NCBI GenBank assembly: GCA_052147435.1
Contig: JBKQKP010000055.1
Location: 1 to 32,000, forward strand
Length of the DNA stretch: 32,000 nucleotides
Source: Polyangiaceae bacterium
GTDB taxonomy: Bacteria > Myxococcota_A > Polyangia > Polyangiales > Polyangiaceae
Direction: 5' to 3'
Shown here: piece after piece, positions 8,864-17,901 of the stretch
How the letters are laid out: each line of letters begins with the position of its first letter
How positions within the stretch are numbered: the first letter of the stretch is position 1
Notes under the pieces: model-generated
The model's input: only the letters and a program-made list of their open reading frames with translations
Told to the model about the DNA's origin: nothing
Databases searched by the model: none
Translations under genes and position numbers: made by a program

Positions 8864-8884
8864 TCCTCGGGCTCAGACAAGCGC
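8864..8884 (+). repeat. copy 1 of internal 21-nt repeat TCCTCGGGCTCAGA(C/G)AAGCGC
   Basis: 20/21 identity with 9324-9344. Its TCCTCG is the 3-prime arm of the hairpin CGAGGA-GCAA-TCCTCG (8854-8869). Confidence 0.85.
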
Positions 8885-9323
8885 AGGTACGGTGGAACGC
8901 ACCTCGGTCTTCGTCGGAACGCATCGCCCTTCGCGGGGAGGTGCGGGAACCGGAGGCCTCAACGGTGGCTCACCCCCCACGTTCGCGTGGGAGTGAATCA
9001 CCCGGTGCAGGCAAAACGCGCGAGAGGTTCCGCCTCTCGTAGCACTGCCCGCACGACGAAAGGGGTGCGCGGTACCGGTTCGAGGAGGGGCCTCGCCCGT
9101 CGAAACGTCGGCGCGAACCTTCACTCGAGTCGGTCCGGTCCGCACAGCGCATGCTTCTTCGGAGGCAAGCGCTGCGCGGCTCGTCAGCCCGTGCCGTCCC
9201 CGCGAGGGGGCGGACGAAGGTGAAGGCGGTAGGAGGGTCGTCACCTCCTAACGCAGCACGAGGAAACGAAGCAGCTCGCGGTGGGTGCCCGTGCATCGTC
9301 GTATTGCAGAAGTTGGCAGAACG

Positions 9324-9344
9324 TCCTCGGGCTCAGAGAAGCGC
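9324..9344 (+). repeat. copy 2 of internal 21-nt repeat
   Basis: 20/21 identity with 8864-8884. A matching CGAGGA lies 59 nt upstream at 9259-9264. Confidence 0.85.
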
Positions 9345-10955
9345 GCAATCGGTATCGGTCGGGTCGAAAGCCCGCGCGGCATACGAGGCGCGTGAACGGG
9401 AGCCTGACCATCGGAGTCGCTCAGGCGCGCAAGCGCAGGAGCACACCGGTGGCAAAAGGGGGGCGGCTCATCGAAGCTCGGCGATCCTCATCACGTGAGC
9501 GCCGCGTCTATCGATGAAAGCAGCGCAGTTTCGTCCGTGCTTCGGCGCGGGCGGGGTGTGCGTCGCGTCTGCTGGCGGAAGGCACCCTGGATCGGCAAAG
9601 CGCACGCCTTTCACGAGGCCCCCGCGGAACCGGTCTTGGCGGCCTCCGAGCCAATGCGTGGGATGTGAAAAAAAAGCGGCCCACGCAAACAGCACGGAGG
9701 AGGCGACAGGGGTGTCAGAGGCGGTCGGTCATCGGTTTCGCACGGCGGAAGAAAACGCCACCGAGTGAAAACCGTCCGGTCGCCGAAGTGGGAACCACGC
9801 CGTGAAGCATGATTCCCCCCGGCCTCGTTCGCATCGGGCGGCCCCGAGCCTCCCGGTGCCTGGTTCGCGCGTCTTCGGACGGGCGAAGCGGCGCGCGAAG
9901 AACAGACGTTCGCGTGAACGAGCACGGAGCCGCAAGGTTCCGGGACGAGAGCGACCCTCGGACGAAGCGTAACGAAAGAAGCGAATCGCACGGGTCGGTC
10001 GTAGCGCTGGGAAACGACGAAGTACGAGTGCTCGAGTTGGAACGGTTTCGGAGTGCAGAAGTCGATCGGACGCATCGCCGGTCGCGACGCCCGTGGGCGC
10101 TACCAAGCGCACCTCGGATACGCGCGACCTAGCCCGGAAGAGTCGCTTGCAGGGCGTTTGACGCGCAGTGCAGCGGCGATATCGAGCGACAACGGTGCGC
10201 GGGCCATCGAAGCGTTTTCTAACCACGGAGACGCGGACTGGTCCTTACCGCACGCGCAAGCCTCGTCGGGATCGCATCCGGAGGGGTGCGGGCTCGGGGA
10301 CTCGGGAAGTCCCAGGGCCGCGAGCGCGCGGCAACCGATACGATGGAAGGGTGTCCGGGTCGTGGATGCGCCCCCCTAAACCAGGGGCGTGATTGCGGCT
10401 CTGGCCTTGAGGGTGAATGCAACGCGAGCCTCACGGCGCGCGGTGCCGCTGGTGGCGCAGCAACGGAAATGCGCTCATCGGTGCCTTTGGGGCGACGGCG
10501 ACACTCAGAGGTTGGGACGGTTTCGGAGGCTCCTCCAGCCGCGTTCTCCTTCGGGAGGCACGGTGCGGGGGGTCGGCACCCACGGCGCGGAGCTCCACTA
10601 ACTGCGGGGCAGGCGTCGGCGATGTGAGGTCACGGCGCTTGCGTCGGGGCCACACGGGGCGGTCGCGAGCCGGGAGGCGTGCGACACGCGGAGTGCACTG
10701 AGATCGTAACGACTGAAGCGGGCGACGGTTAACCGCCCTGCCCCTTTTGCTTCTTCGCTCAGCCGCGCGAACGGCGGGCGTCGAACGAAAGACTCCGAGA
10801 CACGCTTCGGTGATGCACGAGCGCGCGCTCCCGCGATTTGGTTCGCGAGGGTCCGTGCCGTGGAGGTCTGCGGTGGAGGCGCTCTGGCGCGTCCGTCCTC
10901 GAAACAAGGTGAGCTCTACCCCCGTGGTAGGTTCGCCGCAGGCAAGTGACTTCGG

Positions 10956-10998
10956 CGAAGGCGACCCCGGGTGACCGGTGGTCGCCTTCGTTCTTTTG
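10956..10998 (+). terminator. rho-independent terminator (plus strand)
   Basis: Perfect 11-bp stem CGAAGGCGACC (10956-10966) / GGTCGCCTTCG (10980-10990). The inner CCGG/CCGG pairs cap a GTGA loop. The hairpin is followed by TTCTTTTGT. There is no U-tract on the opposite strand. Confidence 0.8.
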
Positions 10999-11066
10999 TC
11001 CCGTGCTTTCGACTTGTTCAGTGGTCAGGCCCGTGGCAATTGCACTACCTCCGGCATCCAATTGGA

Positions 11067-12992
11067 ATGAGCGTGTCTTTCTTCGCAAATCGGCCCCGCA
11101 TATTGCCCGGCGATCCCCTCCCCTTCGGCCGCGCCGCGCTGGCGCTCGCAGAGGCCATCATCCCGGGGTCGGCCAGCATTCCGGCCGCGGACGAAGTCAC
11201 CGTCGCGCTCGCTGACGAAGCGCTCGGCCTTTTCCACCCCGGCCTGAAGAAGGCCTTTCGTGTCGCCCAGGGCACGCTCGACGCCGCCGCGATCGCGCAG
11301 AAGGGGCGTCCGTTTCACTCGCTATCCGCCGCAGCGCAGGACGCGCTGGTCCGGCGGTGGGAGCAAGACCCCGTCCTTCGAATGCCGCTCGGGTTCGTAT
11401 CGCTCATCTACCGCTTCGTGCACTTCGACCGGCCGCGCGTCTTCGAAGCACTCGGGGGGGAGCGTCCCGAGGAGCCGAAGCTTGAGCAGCCGCGATGGCT
11501 CCAGCAAGTCCACCGGGCCGACGACTGGGCGGAGGGGGATGACGTCGAGTGCGACGTCGTCGTGATCGGGACCGGCGCGGGCGGCGGGGTTGTCGGGCGG
11601 GAGCTCGCGGAGCGCGGGCTCGCGGTCGTGTTCGTCGAAGAGGGGGAGCACTACCGCCGCGACGCGTTCAACGGGCGCTCGCTCGAAACGCACCACAAGT
11701 TCTATCGCGGCGCCGTCACGATGGGGAACGCGCCGATGCCCATCTTCATGGGGCGGCTCGTCGGCGGGTCGACGGCGATCAACGGCGGGACCTGCTTCCG
11801 GACGCCCCCCTGGGTGCTCGATCAGTGGTGCGAGGATCTAGGGACGAGCGATTTCGCCCCCGAGGCGATGAAGCGCTTCTTCTCCCGCGTCGAGGACACC
11901 CTTCAAGTCGCGCCGACCGAACGCCGATACATCGGCCCGATCGCCGACGTCATGTCGCGCGGCTGCGACGCCCTCGGGTGGCACCACTTCCCGATCCAGA
12001 GGAACGCCCCGGGCTGCAACGGATCCGGCTTCTGCGACTTCGGCTGTCGCACCGGGGCGAAGCGGGGGACCGACATCGCGTACGTTCCTCCGGCGCTCGA
12101 GCGAGGCTCGCTCCTCCTCACGGGTCTTCGGGCAGAGCGCGTGATCCTCGAAGGGGGGCGCGCGGTGGGAATCGAAGGGCTCACGAAGAGCGGACGAGCG
12201 CTTCGCGTGCGAGCAAAGACAGTCGTCCTCGCCGGTGGGTCGGTCCCGACGCCGCTCTTTCTACTGAAACAAGGACTCGGCAACCGGAGCGAGCAGGTCG
12301 GGCGGAACCTCGTGCTCCAGCCGAGCAGTGGTTTTTCCGCGCGGTTCGACGAGAAGATCAGCGGGAAGGACCACGTCCCGCAAGGGTACGCGTGCGACGA
12401 GTTCGGCCGCGACGGGATGCTGATCATGTCGGCGCAGCCCGACGTCAACGTAGCGGGCGTTCTCTTCCCGTTCTCGGGGCAGCGGCTCATGGAGACGCTC
12501 GGCCGCGTCGATCACATCGCATCGTTCGCGCTCCTCCTGCGCGACTCGACGGCGAACGGGCGCGTCTGGCGCGACGTCGCAGGGCTGCCGGCCGTCACGT
12601 ACAACGTGACCCGCGACGACATCTCGCGGATACACCTCCTGATGACGCGCGCGGGAGAGATGTGCCGCGCCGCGGGGGCGAAGACGCTCTATCCCATGGC
12701 CCTCCGGCGGCAGATCATCGAGGGGGACCGCGCGTTCGACGAGTTCCGCAAGACGCCGTTCGCACCGGCGGAGATCGTGTGGTCGAGCTACCACCCGATG
12801 GGGACCTGCAAGATGGGGCGAGATCCGAAGACGAGCGTCGTCGGGCTCGATCACCAGGTGCACGACGTCCCGGGGCTCTACATCGCGGACGGGAGCACGG
12901 TGCCGAGCGCGCTCGGGGTAAACCCGCAGATGACGATCATGGCGATGGCCACGCGCGCGGCAGAGAAGATCGCGGAAGCCGTTGGCGCGTGA
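11067..12992 (+). CDS. GMC family FAD-dependent oxidoreductase with N-terminal extension
   Basis: ORF 10971..12992. The first ATG (10971) sits inside the terminator loop, so ATG 11067 (MSVSFF) is preferred. Rossmann motif VVVIGTGAGGGVVGRELAERG and C-terminal HPMGTCKMG...ADGSTVPSALGVNP. Confidence 0.85.
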   Translation: MSVSFFANRPRILPGDPLPFGRAALALAEAIIPGSASIPAADEVTVALADEALGLFHPGLKKAFRVAQGTLDAAAIAQKGRPFHSLSAAAQDALVRRWEQDPVLRMPLGFVSLIYRFVHFDRPRVFEALGGERPEEPKLEQPRWLQQVHRADDWAEGDDVECDVVVIGTGAGGGVVGRELAERGLAVVFVEEGEHYRRDAFNGRSLETHHKFYRGAVTMGNAPMPIFMGRLVGGSTAINGGTCFRTPPWVLDQWCEDLGTSDFAPEAMKRFFSRVEDTLQVAPTERRYIGPIADVMSRGCDALGWHHFPIQRNAPGCNGSGFCDFGCRTGAKRGTDIAYVPPALERGSLLLTGLRAERVILEGGRAVGIEGLTKSGRALRVRAKTVVLAGGSVPTPLFLLKQGLGNRSEQVGRNLVLQPSSGFSARFDEKISGKDHVPQGYACDEFGRDGMLIMSAQPDVNVAGVLFPFSGQRLMETLGRVDHIASFALLLRDSTANGRVWRDVAGLPAVTYNVTRDDISRIHLLMTRAGEMCRAAGAKTLYPMALRRQIIEGDRAFDEFRKTPFAPAEIVWSSYHPMGTCKMGRDPKTSVVGLDHQVHDVPGLYIADGSTVPSALGVNPQMTIMAMATRAAEKIAEAVGA

Positions 12993-14651
12993 TCAGCGGA
13001 AGAACTTCCGCACCGTCTCGACGCGCCGCCGCATGAGGAGCGGCAGTTTCCAGGCGCGCATCAGCTTCATGATCTGAGCGTCGGCGAGGATCTCCCCCAT
13101 CTCCCAGAGGCTCCGATCGTACGGGAGCCAGAAGGGCTCGGGCGAAGTCGCCTCGTCGGTGATCAGGGCACGCGGACGGACGAAGGTGGCGAGCGACTCG
13201 GGGCCGTTCGCGACGCCGAAGCCGGTCTCGCGCGTACCGCTCCAAGGGAGGGCGGCGATCGCGCCGGAGAAAGAGTGGTTGTTCACCGTGACGACGCCGA
13301 ACTCGAGACGCTCGGCGAGGCGCTCGGCTCGCTTGACGTCGCTCGTCCAGATTGATGCGCCGAGGCCGTAGCGGGAGCGGTTCGCGAGGCGGATCGCCTC
13401 CGCGGCGCCGTCCACTCGGACGACCGCGAGCACGGGACCGAACGTCTCGTCGTCCACGATCGCCATCCCCTCGGCGCAGCGGTCCGCGATCGTCGGTGCG
13501 AAGCCGAGCCCAGCGCCGACGGGCGAGCCACCGCAGACGATCGTCGCCCCCTTCGCCTTCGCGTCCGCGACGTGCGCGATCACGACGTCGAGCTGCCGCT
13601 GGTTCGCCATCGGCGCGATGTCTGCGACCTCGCACGGGCCCACGCGAAGCCTCGTCCACGCGCTGCGGAGCCGCTCGACGAACGCGTCGGCGATTCGCTC
13701 GTCGACGTACGCGACCTCGATCGCGCCGCACGCCTGCCCCGCGTTGCTGAGCGACCAGTGCGTGATCCCCGCGACGGTGCGATCGATGTCGCAGTCGGCG
13801 AGGACGATCGCTGCGTCCTTCCCCCCCATCTCGATGCTCGAGGGGATCCCCCGCTCCGCACACTGGATACGGACCTTGCGTCCGGTCGCCGGCGAGCCGG
13901 TGAAGACGCACGCTTCGATGCCGGCGTCGATGAGCGCGGAGCCGACGTCGCCGGCCCCCTGCACCACCTGGACGAGCCCCTCGGGGAGCTCGGCGGCGAG
14001 GCGCTCGATGAGCCACGTGCTGGTGCGGGGCGTGTACTCCGACGGCTTGAGGACGACGCCGTTCCCCGTGAGGAGGGCCGGAATGATCGGGCGACAGATG
14101 CCCGAGACGGGGAAGTTCCACGGCGCGATGACCCCGATGACGCCGCGCGGGACCATATCGACGCGCGCGCTCTTCTTCGGGAAGACGAGCGGGTTCAAGC
14201 GGACGGAGCGATGCATGGCGTGCTCGACGACGCCGGCCCATCCCCCCACGGCGTCGAGCGGGCCCAGCGCCTCGTTGAAGATCCCCTCGACCTCGACCTT
14301 CCCCATCTCGGCGCGCGCGAGCTCGACGAGCTCCCCGCGGCGCGCGAGCACCCCCTTGCCGGCGCGCTTCAGCGCGGCCACGCGATCGGCGAGCGGGCGA
14401 AGGCGCCAGTGCTGTTGCGCCGCGCGAGCCTTCGCGACGGCGTCTTTGACCTCTTCGACGGTGGAGACGCGGACCGGCTCGAGCGAGCGGCGGTCGTTGG
14501 GAGATACGGGGTTGATCTCCTGAGGCTTCGCCTTCACGTCCTTGGCGTGCAAGGTGATCGGCTTCCCGTTCCCGTTGGTATGGGCGTGGCTCAAAGTGGC
14601 CGGACCATGCCACGCCGGGGGGCCCGGGGCCAGTGTCCAGTCTGACTTCAA
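12993..14651 (-). CDS. NAD(P)-dependent aldehyde dehydrogenase family protein
   Basis: 552 aa. Motifs APWNFP, VLKPSE, catalytic Glu in EMGGKD, and catalytic Cys in NAGQACGAIE. Its stop codon abuts the GMC stop with no spacer. Confidence 0.9.
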   Translation of the reverse strand: MKSDWTLAPGPPAWHGPATLSHAHTNGNGKPITLHAKDVKAKPQEINPVSPNDRRSLEPVRVSTVEEVKDAVAKARAAQQHWRLRPLADRVAALKRAGKGVLARRGELVELARAEMGKVEVEGIFNEALGPLDAVGGWAGVVEHAMHRSVRLNPLVFPKKSARVDMVPRGVIGVIAPWNFPVSGICRPIIPALLTGNGVVLKPSEYTPRTSTWLIERLAAELPEGLVQVVQGAGDVGSALIDAGIEACVFTGSPATGRKVRIQCAERGIPSSIEMGGKDAAIVLADCDIDRTVAGITHWSLSNAGQACGAIEVAYVDERIADAFVERLRSAWTRLRVGPCEVADIAPMANQRQLDVVIAHVADAKAKGATIVCGGSPVGAGLGFAPTIADRCAEGMAIVDDETFGPVLAVVRVDGAAEAIRLANRSRYGLGASIWTSDVKRAERLAERLEFGVVTVNNHSFSGAIAALPWSGTRETGFGVANGPESLATFVRPRALITDEATSPEPFWLPYDRSLWEMGEILADAQIMKLMRAWKLPLLMRRRVETVRKFFR

Positions 14652-14699
14652 CCCGGTCTCGGTCGCCCTCCGCCGCTATCCCGCGATCCCGTCAGGCCG

Positions 14700-15605
14700 C
14701 TACGCCGTCGAGACCGTTACCTCGACATCGGCGTCGTTCGCGACCTCGTCGAAGCTCCTCTTCGGTGCCGGCTCGGAGTGGGCACGCGCCGCGTGCTCGA
14801 GCCCCATGACCCGTGCGGCGGCGGAGAAGACGGGGCGGAGCGCCCGAAGCGGGAGGTTCGCGGCGATCACGCCGAGCGTGACGATCTCGAGCTCGTCGCG
14901 CGCGGTGAACGGCGCGCGGGGATCGACGAGCTCTTTGTGAAGGCGGGCCTCGTCGACCGCCGCGCGGAGACGGGCGGGGACGTGGGCCTGCCAGGCGCGC
15001 GTGTCGATCGCGCTCCGGAGCTGCCAGGGCGAAAGGATCGGCGGGCGCGTCGTGCCGAGAACCGCGCAGCGGTCCGCGAGCAGGATTGCGAGCAGTTGGT
15101 CCACGAGCGCCGGTTGCAGCTCGGAGTCCCACGGGATCCGCGCCATCGCTTCGTCCCAAAGGTCGTGCACCGGCCCGTAGACGACGACCTGGCGCGGATC
15201 GAACGCGTCTTCGACGCGCTGCGCGTCGATGGCCGTGTCGACGACCGAGTCGATCAACTCGGCCTGGAAGGAGACGGATCGGCGGAGCCCTTCGCGCAGC
15301 GTGAGCCCCGTCAGCGATCGCGTGATCGCATCCCGAAGGTCAGGGCGCTGCTCGATCCAGAGCAGCCGTTCGCCCACGGGCCAGCGCGCGCACAGCTGCG
15401 CGGGCGCCCACCACGGCACACCCGCGGCGCGCAGGTCGATGAGGACTTCCGCCATCACCTGGAGCGTCGGCCACCGGGCCAAATGATCCGTCGCCTCTCG
15501 CTGGAGCGCCTCGCCGTCGGCCTCCCGTGCGTGCGCCAGCGGCGGCGGAGCGCAGAGGAGAGCGCTGGAAGGGCCTCGAGTGGTGGAGGGCGGGGGATTC
15601 TCCAT
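14700..15605 (-). CDS. hypothetical protein
   Basis: ORF 14700..15713. The internal ATG at 15605 (MENPPPS) is preferred to avoid overlapping the divergent gene. Coding-like composition and no recognisable domain. It lies 48 nt upstream of the aldehyde dehydrogenase on the same strand. Confidence 0.5.
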   Translation of the reverse strand: MENPPPSTTRGPSSALLCAPPPLAHAREADGEALQREATDHLARWPTLQVMAEVLIDLRAAGVPWWAPAQLCARWPVGERLLWIEQRPDLRDAITRSLTGLTLREGLRRSVSFQAELIDSVVDTAIDAQRVEDAFDPRQVVVYGPVHDLWDEAMARIPWDSELQPALVDQLLAILLADRCAVLGTTRPPILSPWQLRSAIDTRAWQAHVPARLRAAVDEARLHKELVDPRAPFTARDELEIVTLGVIAANLPLRALRPVFSAAARVMGLEHAARAHSEPAPKRSFDEVANDADVEVTVSTA

Positions 15606-15703
15606 CTGCACCACCACGAGTGGTGCAGAAAACGTGCTCGCGATGACAAGGGAGCGCGAGATGCAGCGGCGCTCTGGGCCAACCTCGCCTATGGTGCGCG
15701 GCC

Positions 15704-17845
15704 ATGCGCGCAACTCCCTTCGTGTTCATCTTTGCCGCGTCAGCGCTCTCCTGCGCACCCGCGCCCGCCGCCCCGTCCGCGAGCCCCGCCGCGACCGCGC
15801 CGTCCGCCACGACGCCATCCGTGGCAGCCGCACCCGCGCCTGCGCCGTCGGCGCGAGCAGGTATCGCGATGCTGACGGCTCCTCCCCCGCCGCTCGGCGC
15901 AGACCGCGTCTCCTTCACGCTCCACAAGTTCCTCGCCGAGGTGGGCTCCGAGCGCGACACGTACGTCGCGACCCCCGACGGCGGGACGGAGGCGAAGGCC
16001 GTCTTCTCCTATCGCGATCGCATGGCCACGGTTCCACTCGCGGCGCGATACGATTTCGGCCCCGACGGCTCGCTCGAGGAGTACGAGGCGTGGGGGCGAA
16101 CGTCGCGCTTCACCGTCATCGACGAGCGGATCGACGCGCGGCACGGCGCGTTCGAGGTGTGGCACGACGGCGCCCGCAAGACGGTCGCGCGGCCGGACGG
16201 GGTCGCGGTCGCGCTCTCCGGCTACGCGCCGATGCTCGGGCAGGATCTGATGCTCCGAGCGTGGAACCAGCACGGGCGACCGGCCAAAATGGCGATGCTC
16301 CCCGAAGGGGAAGTGGCGATCGAGGCACGCGGGAGAGAGACCTACGACGGCCCGTCGGGGAAGGTCACGCTCGAGCACGTCGCCGTGAGCGGCCTCGTCT
16401 GGGGCCGCGAGGACGTCTGGCTGGACGAGAAGGGTCAGCTCGCGGCGGTGGTGACGCGCGACGCGGAGTTCGATCATCACGAGGCGGCGCGCGACGGCTT
16501 CGACTCGCTCCTGCCGCAGCTCACCACTGCGGCGGGCGCAGACGGCGTGGCGTGGCTCGCGGGTGCGGCGAAGGGGGCCGAGCGGAGCGGCTCGGGCATT
16601 CAGGCCTTCGTCGGCGGAACGCTGATCGACGGGACGGGGCGGCCCGCGGTGAAAGACTCGGTCGTGGTGATCGACGGGGACCGCATCGTCGCCGCCGGAC
16701 CGCGCGCGAAGGTCGCGATCCCGGCAGGAGCGACCACGATCGACGTGACCGGCAAGTCGATCATCCCTGGGCTTTGGGACATGCACGCGCACGTCGAGCA
16801 GGTGGAGCAGGGGCTCGTCTATCTCGCCGCCGGCGTGACCACGGTGCGCGACCTCGGCAACATCATGGGGTTCATCACCGGCATTCGCGACGCGGTCGAC
16901 GCCGGGAAGGGGCTCGGCCCGCGCGTGCTCGTCGAGGGAATCGTCGACGGGAGCGGGAGCGCTGCGCTCGGCACCGTGAGGATCAAGAAGAAGGAGGACA
17001 TCGCTCCGACGATCGACATGCTCAAGAAGGCCGGCTGCATCGACGTGAAGATCTACTCGAGCATCGATCCGGCGCTCGTGAAGCCGATCGTCGCCTATGC
17101 CCACGCGCACGGCATGGGTGCCGTCGGGCACGTCCCCTTCGACATGACGTCGCAGCAGGCGATCGACGCCGGGTACGACTCGATCAGTCACATCGACTAC
17201 TTGCTCGACGCCGCGCTCCCGGAGAAGGAGAGGAAGGGGCTCTCGCGTGAGAAAGCGCTCGAGCGGCTCGCGGCGATCGATCTGGCGTCGCCCGCCATGA
17301 AGCACGAGCTCGCGTCGCTCGTGGCGCACCACGTGGTGATCGACGACACGCTCTCGCTCTACGAACAGGGGCTGCACACCGAGGCGGAGGACGCGAAGCG
17401 CGAGCCCGGCATCGCGACCCTCCCGCGCGAGCTCGTCGCGACGCTCGGCGGCATCCCGCCGTCGCTCGAGGCGAAGGGGGAGGCGGCGTTCGGAAAATAC
17501 GTCGCGCTCCTCGCAGAGCTTCACAAGCAGGGCGTCGTCGTCGTGCCCGGTACGGACATCAACGTGCCCGGTCACTCGCTGCATCGCGAGCTCGAGCTGT
17601 ACGTGCAGGCGGGCTTTACGCCGATGGAGGCGATACAGGCGGCGACTCTGGTGTCCGCGCGGTTCATGCACCGGGAGAAGGATCTCGGGACGATCGAGGC
17701 GGGGAAGCGCGCCGACCTGGTCGTCCTGAACGGGGACCCGCTGGCAGACATCAGCAACGTACGGAAGACTGCGCTCGTCGTCTCGCGGGGGCGAGCGTAC
17801 GACTCGGCGGGGCTCTGGAAGCTGGCCGGATTCCGACCGCTGTAG
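15704..17845 (+). CDS. secreted (possibly lipoprotein) amidohydrolase family protein
   Basis: 713 aa. N-terminal MRATPFVFIFAASALSCAP followed by an Ala/Pro/Ser linker. Metal-binding HxH in PGLWDMHAHV. C-terminal GTIEAGKRADLVVLNGDPL is typical of amidohydrolases. Confidence 0.85.
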   Translation: MRATPFVFIFAASALSCAPAPAAPSASPAATAPSATTPSVAAAPAPAPSARAGIAMLTAPPPPLGADRVSFTLHKFLAEVGSERDTYVATPDGGTEAKAVFSYRDRMATVPLAARYDFGPDGSLEEYEAWGRTSRFTVIDERIDARHGAFEVWHDGARKTVARPDGVAVALSGYAPMLGQDLMLRAWNQHGRPAKMAMLPEGEVAIEARGRETYDGPSGKVTLEHVAVSGLVWGREDVWLDEKGQLAAVVTRDAEFDHHEAARDGFDSLLPQLTTAAGADGVAWLAGAAKGAERSGSGIQAFVGGTLIDGTGRPAVKDSVVVIDGDRIVAAGPRAKVAIPAGATTIDVTGKSIIPGLWDMHAHVEQVEQGLVYLAAGVTTVRDLGNIMGFITGIRDAVDAGKGLGPRVLVEGIVDGSGSAALGTVRIKKKEDIAPTIDMLKKAGCIDVKIYSSIDPALVKPIVAYAHAHGMGAVGHVPFDMTSQQAIDAGYDSISHIDYLLDAALPEKERKGLSREKALERLAAIDLASPAMKHELASLVAHHVVIDDTLSLYEQGLHTEAEDAKREPGIATLPRELVATLGGIPPSLEAKGEAAFGKYVALLAELHKQGVVVVPGTDINVPGHSLHRELELYVQAGFTPMEAIQAATLVSARFMHREKDLGTIEAGKRADLVVLNGDPLADISNVRKTALVVSRGRAYDSAGLWKLAGFRPL

Positions 17846-17901
17846 CCGCGCAATGAGCGTGACGTCATCCACTCGGGTGACGTCTCGCCGGGCACGCGAC
17901 G

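Larger units (their letters stand above)
8600..10998 (+). ncRNA. candidate very large structured non-coding RNA (family unknown; 5-prime end not defined; could be more than one RNA)
   Basis: No ORF longer than 165 codons in six frames across 7888-11066, despite high GC. CTTCGG occurs 7 times on plus against 1 copy of its complement. Five well-formed C(UUCG)G hairpins and a GCAA-capped hairpin are present, along with a 5-prime hairpin at 8606-8630. The region ends at a strong plus-strand intrinsic terminator. Confidence 0.5.

Noticed and set aside
10721-10755. Possible second, internal terminator (GGCGACGGTTAACCGCC hairpin followed by CCCCTTTTGCTTCTT)
   Set aside because: The stem is short, needs bulges, and centres on GGTTAACC with a minimal loop. 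This is too weak to call, though it could split the locus into two RNAs.
8600-11000. rRNA, tRNA, RNase P, tmRNA or group II intron in the ORF-free region
   Set aside because: I found no 16S or 23S landmark sequences. AGTACGAG at 10021-10028 mimics the sarcin-ricin loop but lacks the following AGGACC and its context. GGTTCGAGG at 9076 has no T-arm stem. There is no GAGGAAAGTCC (RNase P). There is no GUGYG 5-prime end or domain-V hairpin, and no reverse transcriptase ORF.
10971-11066. First in-frame ATG (10971) as the GMC oxidoreductase start
   Set aside because: It lies in the loop of the 10956-10990 terminator hairpin. The encoded 32 residues (MTGGRLRSFVPCFRLVQWSGPW...) look non-native. ATG 11067 is preferred.
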